64,000 nt of DNA, taken from positions 1 to 64,000 of IMG/VR virus record IMGVR_UViG_3300028833_000055; one strand, written 5' to 3'. The DNA is from a virus. Lineage: Duplodnaviria > Heunggongvirae > Uroviricota > Caudoviricetes. Numbering within the stretch: the first letter of the stretch is position 1; the number at the start of each line of letters is the position of its first letter. Position numbers and translations under genes: made by a program. The notes below the pieces were generated by a model. That model was not told where the DNA came from. It saw only the letters and a program-made list of their open reading frames with translations, and searched no databases. Positions 17,326-27,057 of this stretch are shown in pieces.

Positions 17326-17900
17326 TTGCTGTACTTTTCTATTTCAGATTCTATGAGTTCGATTGACGCATTCACCTTCTTGAGTATGACATTCTTCTTT
17401 GTAACATCTATGTCGTTCATTTCTTCAAGAGTGGTCTTGATATCAACAAGCTGTTCGTGGGATTTCTTCGCCGTACCCAAGTTATATACGGTATCCGAAG
17501 ATATGAGAGAACCGATTACGAACCATTCGAGTTCGTTTTCAATCAACCCCTTCATCATAGAATGGAGAAGTTTCTTCTTGCTCTCCTTCTTGTAGTCTTC
17601 AATTACTTCACTGACAAGGGATGTTTCCGTCTCGTTACCCGAGTATTTAAACGGTACGACTGACATTATCTCACCGATTATGTTCTTCCATTCGTGTCCG
17701 ACAAGACCGAGTTCGGTGATACAAGTTTCGTCATCGTTCATATCGAAGAACGGAATACTGCGTCCGTCCTTCATTATACATCCGAGACAAGAGTGTTCGG
17801 AATGACGATGGTCCATATCGTAGTCAACCTTTACTGTGAACCCCTTTGATATGAGTTCATCTATCTTCAATTCGCTGATAATATGTATCGACTTTATCAT
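17319..17900 (-). CDS. Hypothetical protein
   Basis: 193 aa ORF in the operon. Confidence 0.65.
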   Translation of the reverse strand: MIKSIHIISELKIDELISKGFTVKVDYDMDHRHSEHSCLGCIMKDGRSIPFFDMNDDETCITELGLVGHEWKNIIGEIMSVVPFKYSGNETETSLVSEVIEDYKKESKKKLLHSMMKGLIENELEWFVIGSLISSDTVYNLGTAKKSHEQLVDIKTTLEEMNDIDVTKKNVILKKVNASIELIESEIEKYSKC

Positions 17901-17902
17901 AA

Positions 17903-18577
17903 TTAAATCTTTTTAGTGTATATTTTATCTATTAAACCGTATTCCAACGCCTCATTGGCGGTCAACCAGTGGTCACGGTCACAATCCTCGATGACCTTTT
18001 CATATGGTTGACCCGACCTTTCGGCGAGCATCCTGCACAATTCCTCCTTGACGAGCTTTATCTGTTCGGCCTCAATGAGAATGTCGGAGGCCTGACCCCT
18101 TGCTCCACCAAGCGGCTGGTGTATCATCACTCTGGAGTGTGGTAAAGCACCTCTCTTGCCCTTTTCACCGGAAGAGAGTATGACAGCACCCATACTTGCC
18201 GCCATTCCCATACAAACCGTCTGAATGTCGTTCTGGATGTAGTTCATAGTGTCTATTATCGCCATACCCGAATACACCTCTCCACCCGGTGAATTGATAT
18301 TGAAGCATATCTCATCGTCTCCGAGTGACGACAGATACAGCATCTGTGCGTTCACTATGTTCGCCACATCGGCGTTTATTTCAGTACCGAGAAATATTAT
18401 CTTCTCCATCATCAGACGGGAGAATACATCCATCTGGGTCACATTGAGCTGTCTTTCCTCGAGTATTGTGGGGTTGATGTACCCAGCGTTTATTGAACTC
18501 GTGTAGTCGTCGAGAGTATGTCCGTTCACACCTCTGCCTCTTGCAAAATTCCTGAAATCGTTATTATTTTTAGTCAT
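17903..18577 (-). CDS. clpP: ATP-dependent Clp protease proteolytic subunit
   Basis: MDVFSRL, INSPGG, GMAASMG (Ser), MIHQP (His), DRD (Asp), EYGLID. Confidence 0.96.
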   Translation of the reverse strand: MTKNNNDFRNFARGRGVNGHTLDDYTSSINAGYINPTILEERQLNVTQMDVFSRLMMEKIIFLGTEINADVANIVNAQMLYLSSLGDDEICFNINSPGGEVYSGMAIIDTMNYIQNDIQTVCMGMAASMGAVILSSGEKGKRGALPHSRVMIHQPLGGARGQASDILIEAEQIKLVKEELCRMLAERSGQPYEKVIEDCDRDHWLTANEALEYGLIDKIYTKKI

Positions 18578-18588
18578 ACTTTTTCAAA

Positions 18589-19347
18589 TTAAACATTTAA
18601 AACCAAATATTCCGGGTCTCCACCGTTGTCTGTGAACCAAAGATACTTTCCGTTTATCATCTTTGTCTTGTAGAAGTTACCCGACTTTTCGAACTCACCG
18701 CCACAGTCAAGTCTGTTATCCTCGTAGAACATCATAGTGTGTCCGACAACTTGATGATACTCGCCATATGGGTTGAAAGAAAGTGCGTGAGGCCTAATCC
18801 AGGTCGGACCTTGAAACGGACTGTCTCCGTATCCGCTGTAATCGTGTGATGAGAAACCGACGAGTGACGAAAGTTCCACAGCCGTCCATCCGACTTTCTT
18901 CAATTTTTCAAAAGTGTATCCTTTGTATTCGGCGGTGTTCTTGAACCACACATCACTCAATCCGGCGTGACTGAAAAGAAAGTTCCCATATTCGAAAACA
19001 AGTCTCGATTTGTCAAGGTTTCTAGCGATGAGGTCTCCTATCTTTCCAACTTTTCTCAGGTCCCTGCAAGTCCTGTTCGTACAATCCCACTCGATGATGT
19101 ATGTGGCGAGGTCGTGGTTTCCGAGAAGGGATATTATCCTGTCGTCGTTCTTCATACAATCGGTGAAGTCGTTGTATCTTCCAACCATAGTGTCGAAAGA
19201 TATGCCGTCATACGGGTCAAAATGGTCTCCCATCACGACAATCTTCTCGACCTGGTTGTTATATTTCAGGATATGTTCGTATCCCTTTATGAACTTGTCC
19301 GTACCGTGTATGTCACCTATTACCGCTATGTTGTTCAAATCATCCAT
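18589..19347 (-). CDS. Calcineurin-like metallophosphoesterase
   Basis: GDIHG, GDHFD, GNHD, SHAG, VGHT. Confidence 0.88.
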   Translation of the reverse strand: MDDLNNIAVIGDIHGTDKFIKGYEHILKYNNQVEKIVVMGDHFDPYDGISFDTMVGRYNDFTDCMKNDDRIISLLGNHDLATYIIEWDCTNRTCRDLRKVGKIGDLIARNLDKSRLVFEYGNFLFSHAGLSDVWFKNTAEYKGYTFEKLKKVGWTAVELSSLVGFSSHDYSGYGDSPFQGPTWIRPHALSFNPYGEYHQVVGHTMMFYEDNRLDCGGEFEKSGNFYKTKMINGKYLWFTDNGGDPEYLVLNV

Positions 19348-20189
19348 TATAACAATGTTTTTGTATGTGGATTATACCTTCTTACGGTGTAGTACAAGAT
19401 AAGATACCTCTTGCCATCCACAACCTTGTATGCACACTTGCTTCTCCAAATGAACACATAGTTTCCTAAGAGCATCCTTTTGAGGAACTGCGTAAGTTGT
19501 GAGATGAACTCGTCGTCACTCATATCATAAGTGTGGTAGAACTTCTGCTTCTCTATATCCACATAGAAGGCCACGTCGTTTTCAATCGGAAGTTTTGTGT
19601 TCAGTCCGAACAACACACCCTGCGGTCTTACATTTACCCTTGGTGCATTTACCTTGATGACTTTTGAACTTTTGCAGAAGTTATCGAGGGTTTCATCCAC
19701 CCTCTTCTTCATATCAGATACCTCTACACCCTTTTCGTAAAGTATGTCGACTACTTCCTTTTCAAAGTCCTTGGTCGCTTCCGACATTTCCTCTTCCAGA
19801 TGTTCATTTACGATAGTTTCGGCATCCTTTTCCTCCTCCGGTTCTTTTGTGCAGTCCGTGTCTGCACAGATGTCTGTTTCGTTCTCTTCGTCACAACTGT
19901 CACAACTCGGAATAACATTTTCAACCTTGAAGACGATTTTATCGTCACGGATAAACATATCATTCAAAAAGAAAGTCGAGTTGTCGGAAGAGAATACACG
20001 GGATACATACAGTTTGTCGAATTTCTTCAGCAAAGTGTTGTCCGACATCAACTCGTTAAATGTACGATTGCCGTTGTCGGAAACCCTCTTGGCGAGATTT
20101 TCAGTCAAGTCGAGAACGAGTTCATCGGTCTTTCCCGACACGAGGTCTTCGTAGGCGGTCTTTTTCGCCTGTACTTTTATCAATTCCAT
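19347..20189 (-). CDS. Hypothetical protein
   Basis: 280 aa ORF in the operon. Confidence 0.7.
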   Translation of the reverse strand: MELIKVQAKKTAYEDLVSGKTDELVLDLTENLAKRVSDNGNRTFNELMSDNTLLKKFDKLYVSRVFSSDNSTFFLNDMFIRDDKIVFKVENVIPSCDSCDEENETDICADTDCTKEPEEEKDAETIVNEHLEEEMSEATKDFEKEVVDILYEKGVEVSDMKKRVDETLDNFCKSSKVIKVNAPRVNVRPQGVLFGLNTKLPIENDVAFYVDIEKQKFYHTYDMSDDEFISQLTQFLKRMLLGNYVFIWRSKCAYKVVDGKRYLILYYTVRRYNPHTKTLL

Positions 20190-20201
20190 TTCTCTTATTT
20201 T

Positions 20202-20732
20202 TTATTTTGTCATTTCTTCTATTGTCTCATCGAACCATTTTCCAAAATCGTCCGTTTCGGGTGCAAATTCAGGTTCATTCACCTTCAACCACTCACACTG
20301 TCTGATGAACTCGTTTCTTACATCAGTCAAGTCGTAGTTGCTGTACTTCTTTATATAACCGAGACACTTGAATATTTCATTGCCGAAAACCATAGCGCCG
20401 ACATTGGTGTAGTCCGTGAAGACGCTCGTAACAATCTTGTCACCGACCTTGAAGTTGTCGTGGTACTCCTCTATCTTTCCGGTATATGAAATCCTTAACA
20501 CCGAATCCTTCATAAAATGGTTCTCCTCTATCCACGAATAGTGCAAGTCTACGACACCTTTCGTGTTTATGAGATTTCTCGTGTACCAGAACCTGTGTAC
20601 ATCACAGTAGTGTTCCGGAAACTCGGACGGTTTCATCTTGGTCTTGTAACTTCTCTTTTCCCTTACGGCGAACACTTCGTTTGATTTCGAGGGGTCGCTA
20701 TCGTAGTAGTATTCATTCGCTAAATTCTTCAT
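20202..20732 (-). CDS. Hypothetical protein
   Basis: 176 aa ORF in the operon. Confidence 0.65.
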   Translation of the reverse strand: MKNLANEYYYDSDPSKSNEVFAVREKRSYKTKMKPSEFPEHYCDVHRFWYTRNLINTKGVVDLHYSWIEENHFMKDSVLRISYTGKIEEYHDNFKVGDKIVTSVFTDYTNVGAMVFGNEIFKCLGYIKKYSNYDLTDVRNEFIRQCEWLKVNEPEFAPETDDFGKWFDETIEEMTK

Positions 20733-20735
20733 ATT

Positions 20736-21218
20736 CTAAAAATTTGAGTTTTGTATTCTTAAATCATAATCGACATAATCCTTAAATTCAAGTTCATCGT
20801 CCAAAATCCTCTTTTCAACGATTTCAGGGGTACTGCCCTTTCTTTCAAAAAGTCTCTGTCTTCTTACATCACAGTCGATGTCCACATATATTATGAAACA
20901 GCTCTTCCTGACACCAAGTCTGTTTATGTTCCTTACACCTTCCGGTGCAAGAATCATCACATCCGACATTTCCCACTCCTTCCTTGATGTCCCGTAATAG
21001 TTCTCTCCGAACTTCTGGTATTCGAGGAACTCGTCGTTTTCAACCATTCTTTCAAACTCATCCTTTGAAACGAAATGATATTCGACACCATCCTTCTCTC
21101 CGGTTCTCATAGGTCTCGTAGTATGTGATACGAGATGTCTGAAACCCCTTTCTTCCAGTCGTTTGAGAAGATGGTTCTTACCGGAAGCACCTTTACCTAC
21201 AAGTACAATTTTCTTCAT
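20736..21218 (-). CDS. gmk: Guanylate kinase-like protein
   Basis: GKGASGK, SHTTRPMRTGEKDGVEYHFV, NYYGT. Confidence 0.88.
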   Translation of the reverse strand: MKKIVLVGKGASGKNHLLKRLEERGFRHLVSHTTRPMRTGEKDGVEYHFVSKDEFERMVENDEFLEYQKFGENYYGTSRKEWEMSDVMILAPEGVRNINRLGVRKSCFIIYVDIDCDVRRQRLFERKGSTPEIVEKRILDDELEFKDYVDYDLRIQNSNF

Positions 21219-21368
21219 TGCAGTTACATTTTGGTCTCAGTGTCCTTAAATTTATTTCCTTCTCTATCGATTCACAGAAACGCTTGTCGAAGTCTATCAG
21301 AAGCAAAGCCGTTTCCTTGTTTCTAATTTCATCGTAGAAACGCATTCCGAATGTCAACTTGTCTTCCA

Positions 21369-21854
21369 TTATTTCTTCTCCATATACTGTGACGGAACAT
21401 CGGTTCCACGGCGGCAACATACCTTGCAGGATTCAGTCTCCTTACTCAGACACACTTCACAATATTCCTCGAGACTGTTCAAGCTCCTTTTCTTACGGAG
21501 TATTCCGGTAAGTCTGTCCACAAATAAATTCCATTCATCCTCATTGCTCTCCTTGAAACGGTACGAATGGTGGTTTTCAAGGTCACCCATAGAAATTATA
21601 CCATCCTCATAGGCGGCAATCCTCACGTTCTTTTCACCGGTCTTCTTGTTTATGTCGGTGCAAATGGAAATAACCGTACAGATGAAGCGTACACCGGCAG
21701 TACCGTCTCCAAGGGATTCCACACCATCCACCCTGTAAATCTGACTGGTCTTTACATATGTCTTCTCGAAATCGAGTTCATAAAGATTAGTGTAATACAG
21801 ACCGCAATACTTACTTTTTAATTCTTCTATTTTCATTTTCCTTGAGTTTTGCAA
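21369..21854 (-). CDS. Hypothetical protein
   Basis: ORF in the operon; start uncertain. Confidence 0.55.
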   Translation of the reverse strand: MQNSRKMKIEELKSKYCGLYYTNLYELDFEKTYVKTSQIYRVDGVESLGDGTAGVRFICTVISICTDINKKTGEKNVRIAAYEDGIISMGDLENHHSYRFKESNEDEWNLFVDRLTGILRKKRSLNSLEEYCEVCLSKETESCKVCCRRGTDVPSQYMEKK

Positions 21855-22173
21855 GAATGAATATATGATAATATTTGATTTGTTTTATTCTTTCGTTAAG
21901 TTTCTTTTCAAGGGATTTTCTAATTCTACCGAATGTAACGATACTTATGAACCTATGTCCTTTCAGAACCTTGTCCATACGGTTTTTTGTCAAGTTCTTC
22001 ACCGAACTGATAAGATTTGAACAGTTCAGACACTGTTCATATGTCTTGCATCCCTTGATTGTCTTCTTGATATAATATTCATTTTTTCCAAGATTTTCGA
22101 AAATCCGGAAAACATCCGATATAAAATTCTCAATCTTTATCATAACACACTTTTTTAACCATTGAACCGTCAT
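21811..22173 (-). CDS. Hypothetical protein
   Basis: ORF in the operon; start uncertain. Confidence 0.5.
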   Translation of the reverse strand: MTVQWLKKCVMIKIENFISDVFRIFENLGKNEYYIKKTIKGCKTYEQCLNCSNLISSVKNLTKNRMDKVLKGHRFISIVTFGRIRKSLEKKLNERIKQIKYYHIFILAKLKENENRRIKK

Positions 22174-22714
22174 TCATTTCCTCATATCCCATATGTTCCC
22201 AGAAACTGTGGGCGGAACTGTCAAAGGACTTCAATGTAACACCATCCATACCGTTGTCAAAGGCGTATCTTTCTATCGCCTCCACGATAACCTTTCCGAA
22301 ACCCATTCCCTTGTATGACTCACTTACCTCCATAGCGGGGATTTCCAAGTTGTTACCCTTGTTTTTAACACAGAATACGACAACATAGTCTCCGTAACTG
22401 CACATTATCCATCCGTCCTTATACAGTTCGTCGTTAAGGAACTTCGACTCGTCGGGTGTCACCGAAAACGAAGTGTCACTGTTTATCTCACAAGTGAGCA
22501 TCTTGAAGTTATCGTCATATTCTATCCTTTCCTTGACTTCCCGCTGTGTGAGCGGTTCGACAAAGAAAACGATACTTTTCTCATCCATACAGAATTCCTC
22601 TATACTCTGTGCCAAATCATATGTGTCCAATATCGTCTCCATATCCATAAGTTTACTCGTCAAGACCACAAGGAGTATAAACATCCACCCGTGTGGAGTG
22701 TGAAGCGAACACAC
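22130..22714 (-). CDS. GNAT-family acetyltransferase
   Basis: EVSESYKGMGFGKVIVEAIE and AHSFWEHMGY; the true start is probably the internal MDMET. Confidence 0.75.
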   Translation of the reverse strand: MCSLHTPHGWMFILLVVLTSKLMDMETILDTYDLAQSIEEFCMDEKSIVFFVEPLTQREVKERIEYDDNFKMLTCEINSDTSFSVTPDESKFLNDELYKDGWIMCSYGDYVVVFCVKNKGNNLEIPAMEVSESYKGMGFGKVIVEAIERYAFDNGMDGVTLKSFDSSAHSFWEHMGYEEMNDGSMVKKVCYDKD

Positions 22715-22997
22715 TGTCGCCCCAGAATAACTCGGTGGTCAGCGTACCATCGTCACATTCATTCTCGACGGTCAGTTTTTCACGGACAATGTTCGTGACA
22801 ACCGGTCCTATAATCTGCATCAACGCCTTGCCTGTCCTCGTTATCTCGTTGGACTTGCAGTTACTGGACATCTCGATTTCCTTGATAGTCTCCTTGAGTT
22901 TCTTTATCTCATCCATCAGAGAAGCGTTCTCTTTTTTCAGAGAGTTACACTGTTCCTCCAATTCTTTCTTCGTTATCATAGTTTCTCCTTTTTGCAA
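22653..22997 (-). CDS. Hypothetical coiled-coil protein
   Basis: ORF downstream of the early promoter at 22995; start likely MITKK. Confidence 0.6.
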   Translation of the reverse strand: MQKGETMITKKELEEQCNSLKKENASLMDEIKKLKETIKEIEMSSNCKSNEITRTGKALMQIIGPVVTNIVREKLTVENECDDGTLTTELFWGDSVFASHSTRVDVYTPCGLDE

Positions 22998-23075
22998 AGA
23001 TACTATTTTTATTTAAAATATAACAAAAAAGGTGACTATATAAATAATCACCTTTTCAGATAAGAATGTAATCTT

Positions 23076-23486
23076 TTAGTTTTCCTCTATGACATCGAAT
23101 GACGAAGCGAACATACGGGTTCCATCGAGAAGGATGTATCGGTTGTGGTCGTCATTTTCGAAAAAGTCTTGTATCCCGTTCATATCTCCGAGATTGAAAG
23201 TCCTGTATCCTCTTTCGGAAAGACAGTTTGTGATTTCCTCTTCACCGGAATATTCCGAAACAGTTTCACTGTTCAAGTCGAGAATGAAAAGACGCATGCC
23301 GTATTCTTCGTTGTTTTCGAACATAAACGGACAACCGTAAGGTTTTTCATCGCTTCCGTATACTATGTCGTCATCGGCATTGTAGTAATACCAGTTTCTG
23401 GTCAAGTAACACTCGTCATCGGAAACTCTCTTCAAGTTGAGTTCCTCATTGACAAAATTATCGAAGTTCTCTATATACCCAAGCAT
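23076..23486 (-). CDS. Hypothetical protein with N-terminal FxxFxxE motif
   Basis: MLGYIENFDNFVNEE; downstream of the late motif at 23851. Confidence 0.65.
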   Translation of the reverse strand: MLGYIENFDNFVNEELNLKRVSDDECYLTRNWYYYNADDDIVYGSDEKPYGCPFMFENNEEYGMRLFILDLNSETVSEYSGEEEITNCLSERGYRTFNLGDMNGIQDFFENDDHNRYILLDGTRMFASSFDVIEEN

Positions 23487-23836
23487 TATTTCAATATTTC
23501 GTTAAACTCTTCTTCGGTTATTTTTCCTGAAAGGAACAAGTTGAGGTTCAAGTTTTCCTCGTTTACCCTGTCTATATCCCTTATGATATTACGAAGTGTG
23601 TCTCTTGTCTCTTCGGTAATGTTGACAGCAACCTCGAAGTTTCCACAGGAATATTCCTCCGTTGTCATCTTTCCGTTATTGAAACGATAACCTTTACCGT
23701 TTCTTTCGTTTACACAGCCGAATGTGCAGATACCTTCGTTGTAGCTCTTACAGTTCCTGCAAGCAGGTTTGTCGTTTGACTTTTCAATAATACCATTGAT
23801 TTTTTCCTTTAATTCAACAAATTCTTTCATAACCAT
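23486..23836 (-). CDS. Hypothetical protein with Cys cluster
   Basis: CRNC...C...C; 116 aa. Confidence 0.6.
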   Translation of the reverse strand: MVMKEFVELKEKINGIIEKSNDKPACRNCKSYNEGICTFGCVNERNGKGYRFNNGKMTTEEYSCGNFEVAVNITEETRDTLRNIIRDIDRVNEENLNLNLFLSGKITEEEFNEILK

Positions 23837-23850
23837 TTCTATTTATACAA

Positions 23851-23877
23851 TATTTATGAACACTCGAATCATAAATA
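23851..23877. promoter_or_regulatory. Divergent pair of CATAAATA late-promoter motifs
   Basis: tatttatg (23851) and cataaata (23870) between divergent genes; same layout at 36881-36906. Confidence 0.7.
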
Positions 23878-23893
23878 CATCAAATGATTTTAT

Positions 23894-24688
23894 ATGGGTG
23901 TTCTTTTGAATTTGACGGATGAATATTTCAAGGTAATTGAAAGAGATGAGGATAGGATAAGTCTGCCCTCTGTAAAAGAAAGGAGTTTCACCGACAAGAA
24001 CGGTAAATTTCACAAAAAAGGCTATTATATAGATGAGAATGATAGCAAAAAAGCGAGAACCATACTTCAAAATTTAATCGAGAAAGCGGTTGATATTAGA
24101 GGTTTCGAATGTGACTTGAACGATATTGACGTTTCAAACCTGAAGGATATAAGTTATGCTTTCGGTTATATAAACGACAACAAGTTCAACGCCGATGTTT
24201 CTGGATGGGATACTTCCAATGTCGAGAATATGGAAGGATGCTTTTATATAAGTAAAAAATTCGACGGGGATTTATCCAAATGGAATGTAAGCAAAGTCAC
24301 CAATATGAGGAATATGTTTTATGGATGCAGTTCATTTAAAGGAAAAGGTCTGGAAAAATGGAACATAAACACAGATGAGGACATTTCCATAAACATGGTT
24401 CAAATGTTTGGCCATTGTCTTGATTTCAATGCAGACATAAGCGAATGGGATGTATCAAGAGTAACCAAAATGTCCGCTATGTTCTTATGTTGTGGTAATT
24501 TCAACAAAGATTTAAGTAAATGGAAAGTCTCCAATGTGAATAATATGGCCTCTATGTTTGAAGGATGTACTTTGTTCAACTGCGATTTAAGTGGATGGGA
24601 TGTTAAAAATGTAGAGAACCACTCGAATTTCCATCTCAATTCCGGAATATCAAAAAAATCATTCCTTCCAAAATTCACATCTATTTAA
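23894..24688 (+). CDS. DUF285/BspA-like repeat protein, copy 1
   Basis: Repeats W(D/N)VSxVxxMxxMF; leader MGVLLNLTDEYF. Confidence 0.85.
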   Translation: MGVLLNLTDEYFKVIERDEDRISLPSVKERSFTDKNGKFHKKGYYIDENDSKKARTILQNLIEKAVDIRGFECDLNDIDVSNLKDISYAFGYINDNKFNADVSGWDTSNVENMEGCFYISKKFDGDLSKWNVSKVTNMRNMFYGCSSFKGKGLEKWNINTDEDISINMVQMFGHCLDFNADISEWDVSRVTKMSAMFLCCGNFNKDLSKWKVSNVNNMASMFEGCTLFNCDLSGWDVKNVENHSNFHLNSGISKKSFLPKFTSI

Positions 24689-24701
24689 AATAAGCACGAT
24701 T

Positions 24702-25274
24702 ATGGGTATTTTATTAAATCTGACAAAGGAATATTTCGGCGAAACCGAAAGAGAAGAAGATAAAATAACACTGACTAAAGACATTCTTTTGGATTACGTC
24801 GTAAGACACGATTTCACCGATATGAACGGGAAACACCATCCACAAGGTTTTTTTATTCCATCGGGCAGCAGTGATATTTTGTCTCTTCTTCTGGATGAAA
24901 TATTTGAACAGAAGGGTTTGAAATGTGATTTGAATATGATTGATGTGTCAAATATAAAGGACTTTGCCGGTTTATTCTCCAACATAGATTTCAACGGCGA
25001 CATTTCCGGATGGGATGTTTCAAGTGTGGAAGATATGAGGAAAACGTTTTACCTTTCGAGTTTCAACGGTGACATTTCCAGATGGAAAGTGGAAAATGTA
25101 TCCGATTTCGAGTCTATGTTCAAGCATTCCGCATTTGACGGTGACATTGAAGACTGGAAGGTGAATGATAAGGCGAATATAGATGATATGTTCTGGGGTG
25201 CCCCTATAGAAAAACATAGGCCTATATGGTGGTGGGAAAGAATGGGGGTCAAGCAACCCAAGAAAAAATCATAA
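24702..25274 (+). CDS. DUF285/BspA-like repeat protein, copy 2
   Basis: Leader MGILLNLTKEYFGE; FNGDISxW repeats. Confidence 0.85.
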   Translation: MGILLNLTKEYFGETEREEDKITLTKDILLDYVVRHDFTDMNGKHHPQGFFIPSGSSDILSLLLDEIFEQKGLKCDLNMIDVSNIKDFAGLFSNIDFNGDISGWDVSSVEDMRKTFYLSSFNGDISRWKVENVSDFESMFKHSAFDGDIEDWKVNDKANIDDMFWGAPIEKHRPIWWWERMGVKQPKKKS

Positions 25275-25297
25275 ATATGTTATAATCATTTAAAGTT

Positions 25298-25837
25298 ATG
25301 AGAGATTTTTTACCAGATTTCAGTACTTTCGTAAGCGAAGGAGCTCTTACGAACTACAGGAAGGAAAAGGACGGACAGAAAATACACGGACAGGATATGG
25401 TCGGAACATTCGACGAGATTATCCATCACCTCATCAAGGAGAGGATACCGTTTTATTTCGACTGTGAGTTTGGAAATTACAACAGGATAGGTTATCTTAT
25501 GCACGAATCCTTGAACGGACAGACCTTCGGAGGATATATCCTTGATTCCAACAAGTCGGAGGATGTTCTTTGCAAGGAATTTACGGAGAAAATATGCAAG
25601 ATGGTCACGGTTGAGAAACCAGGTAAGCTCCATATAGGAAGATGTGATTTCTCCGACTTGCAGAAGGCGAACGACCTCGACACGATAATAGTTGTTGTGA
25701 AGGCATTCAAGAGTTACGCAAAGGACAAGGGTCTCAACTCCCGTGAAATAACCGGAAACAAGTATGAGGCGAAGGTAAACATCGACTTCCTCTGTGATAC
25801 GAACACGAGGAACAACATAATCGAGTTTGTTTTCTAA
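25298..25837 (+). CDS. Hypothetical late protein with N-terminal FxxFxxE motif
   Basis: MRDFLPDFSTFVSE; CATAAATA at 25270. Confidence 0.7.
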   Translation: MRDFLPDFSTFVSEGALTNYRKEKDGQKIHGQDMVGTFDEIIHHLIKERIPFYFDCEFGNYNRIGYLMHESLNGQTFGGYILDSNKSEDVLCKEFTEKICKMVTVEKPGKLHIGRCDFSDLQKANDLDTIIVVVKAFKSYAKDKGLNSREITGNKYEAKVNIDFLCDTNTRNNIIEFVF

Positions 25838-25842
25838 TATAC

Positions 25843-25872
25843 AAAAAAGGAGGTCGATTGACCTCCTTTTTT
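25843..25872. terminator. Bidirectional intrinsic terminator
   Basis: AAAAAAGGAGGTC-GATT-GACCTCCTTTTTT. Confidence 0.8.
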
Positions 25873-25914
25873 ATGACATATTACCTTTATTTCATCAAAA
25901 AGGATACTTCATAG

Positions 25915-27045
25915 TTATTTCAATATTTTTTCAGAACCGACTATATTTCCATCTTCATAGATATGAACCATATACGGTACTTTCAAGACAAGTTCCTCGT
26001 CATCGTGGGGAAGTAACTTTCCTTGCCATATAGTCCTTCCCAATAAGTCTGAACAGACGATGGTAAGTACCTTGTCATTTGAATGGACTTGAACAAGGTT
26101 GTCGTATCTTGTGAAGTACTCCCAATTGGACATCTTCTCAGAAGTCCTTATGCAGGACACTATCTCGGAGGTCGTTTTAGAGCCGTCGTAGTCAACTTGT
26201 GTAAGTCTATAATAAGTTATATCAGGAACCGGACAATAGTCTCTAAATTCATAGTCTAACGGTTCCAGAGAGCTTCCTGCACCACTGACATTATAGACCT
26301 CATCGAATACTACTGCATCCTCGGAACGCTCGAGTATGAATAAGTCATTATTCTTTTCAGTTGCTGTGGACCACTGAACGAGGTTGTATTCAGGCTGTGG
26401 AGAAGCTGTGAAAGAGAGGAGGGAGATTGGGAGTGGAAAATCCTTCGTGTATAATTTGATATTATTTTGCTGTTCGTCGCTGGTTACACACATGTGTGGT
26501 CCAGTATATGACCCAGTATAATTCGTAGATGTAAGATAATAATATTGCATATATCTTTTGGTATTACCAACAGTTCTATAAAACGCATGGTTTTGATATA
26601 TCCATTTCGTTGCATTTGAAGAGTATGATGCTGGATATAAATCTTTATAACTGGTACTACTCCACGATGCCAAATAATAATTTTCTCGTCCAGAATGTAT
26701 AATATACCCATCTTGAATATTTCCCTCAAATATCCAAGTACAATATTTTAAATCACTAATACCATATTTTTCTTCAATATCCTCTAAATTTGTACCATTG
26801 ATACAGGCTTTTACTGTGTAACCGTACCAATTTGCACCCTCTGCACTTGTATAATAATTAGAAGGACCTGGTGCATAATTTACTGCCAAATACACATTAC
26901 CACCATCAACTAACCCTATAAGATATTCCTCGCCTGGTATTATTATGTCTGTTTCATACCAAATTTGCTGTCCTACACTCACAAAGCTCATCAGAAGCAT
27001 TCCGACGAGCAGTGCAATATGTTTAAGTGTTTTTAATATTTTCAT
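25915..27045 (-). CDS. Secreted protein resembling a type IX secretion (T9SS) cargo
   Basis: Signal peptide followed by Gln, a beta-rich N-domain, the PLPISLLSFTA...WSTATEKNND.F.LERS...YYRLTQVDYDG domain, and C-terminal DLLGR...KILK. Confidence 0.7.
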   Translation of the reverse strand: MKILKTLKHIALLVGMLLMSFVSVGQQIWYETDIIIPGEEYLIGLVDGGNVYLAVNYAPGPSNYYTSAEGANWYGYTVKACINGTNLEDIEEKYGISDLKYCTWIFEGNIQDGYIIHSGRENYYLASWSSTSYKDLYPASYSSNATKWIYQNHAFYRTVGNTKRYMQYYYLTSTNYTGSYTGPHMCVTSDEQQNNIKLYTKDFPLPISLLSFTASPQPEYNLVQWSTATEKNNDLFILERSEDAVVFDEVYNVSGAGSSLEPLDYEFRDYCPVPDITYYRLTQVDYDGSKTTSEIVSCIRTSEKMSNWEYFTRYDNLVQVHSNDKVLTIVCSDLLGRTIWQGKLLPHDDEELVLKVPYMVHIYEDGNIVGSEKILK

Positions 27046-27057
27046 AATTAAGAATTT

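Noticed and set aside
17903-21218. Bacterial chromosome origin suggested by clpP, gmk, dnaJ and cca
   Set aside because: These genes are interspersed with T4-like terminase, neck, baseplate and gp46 genes, phage promoter motifs and dense small hypothetical ORFs.
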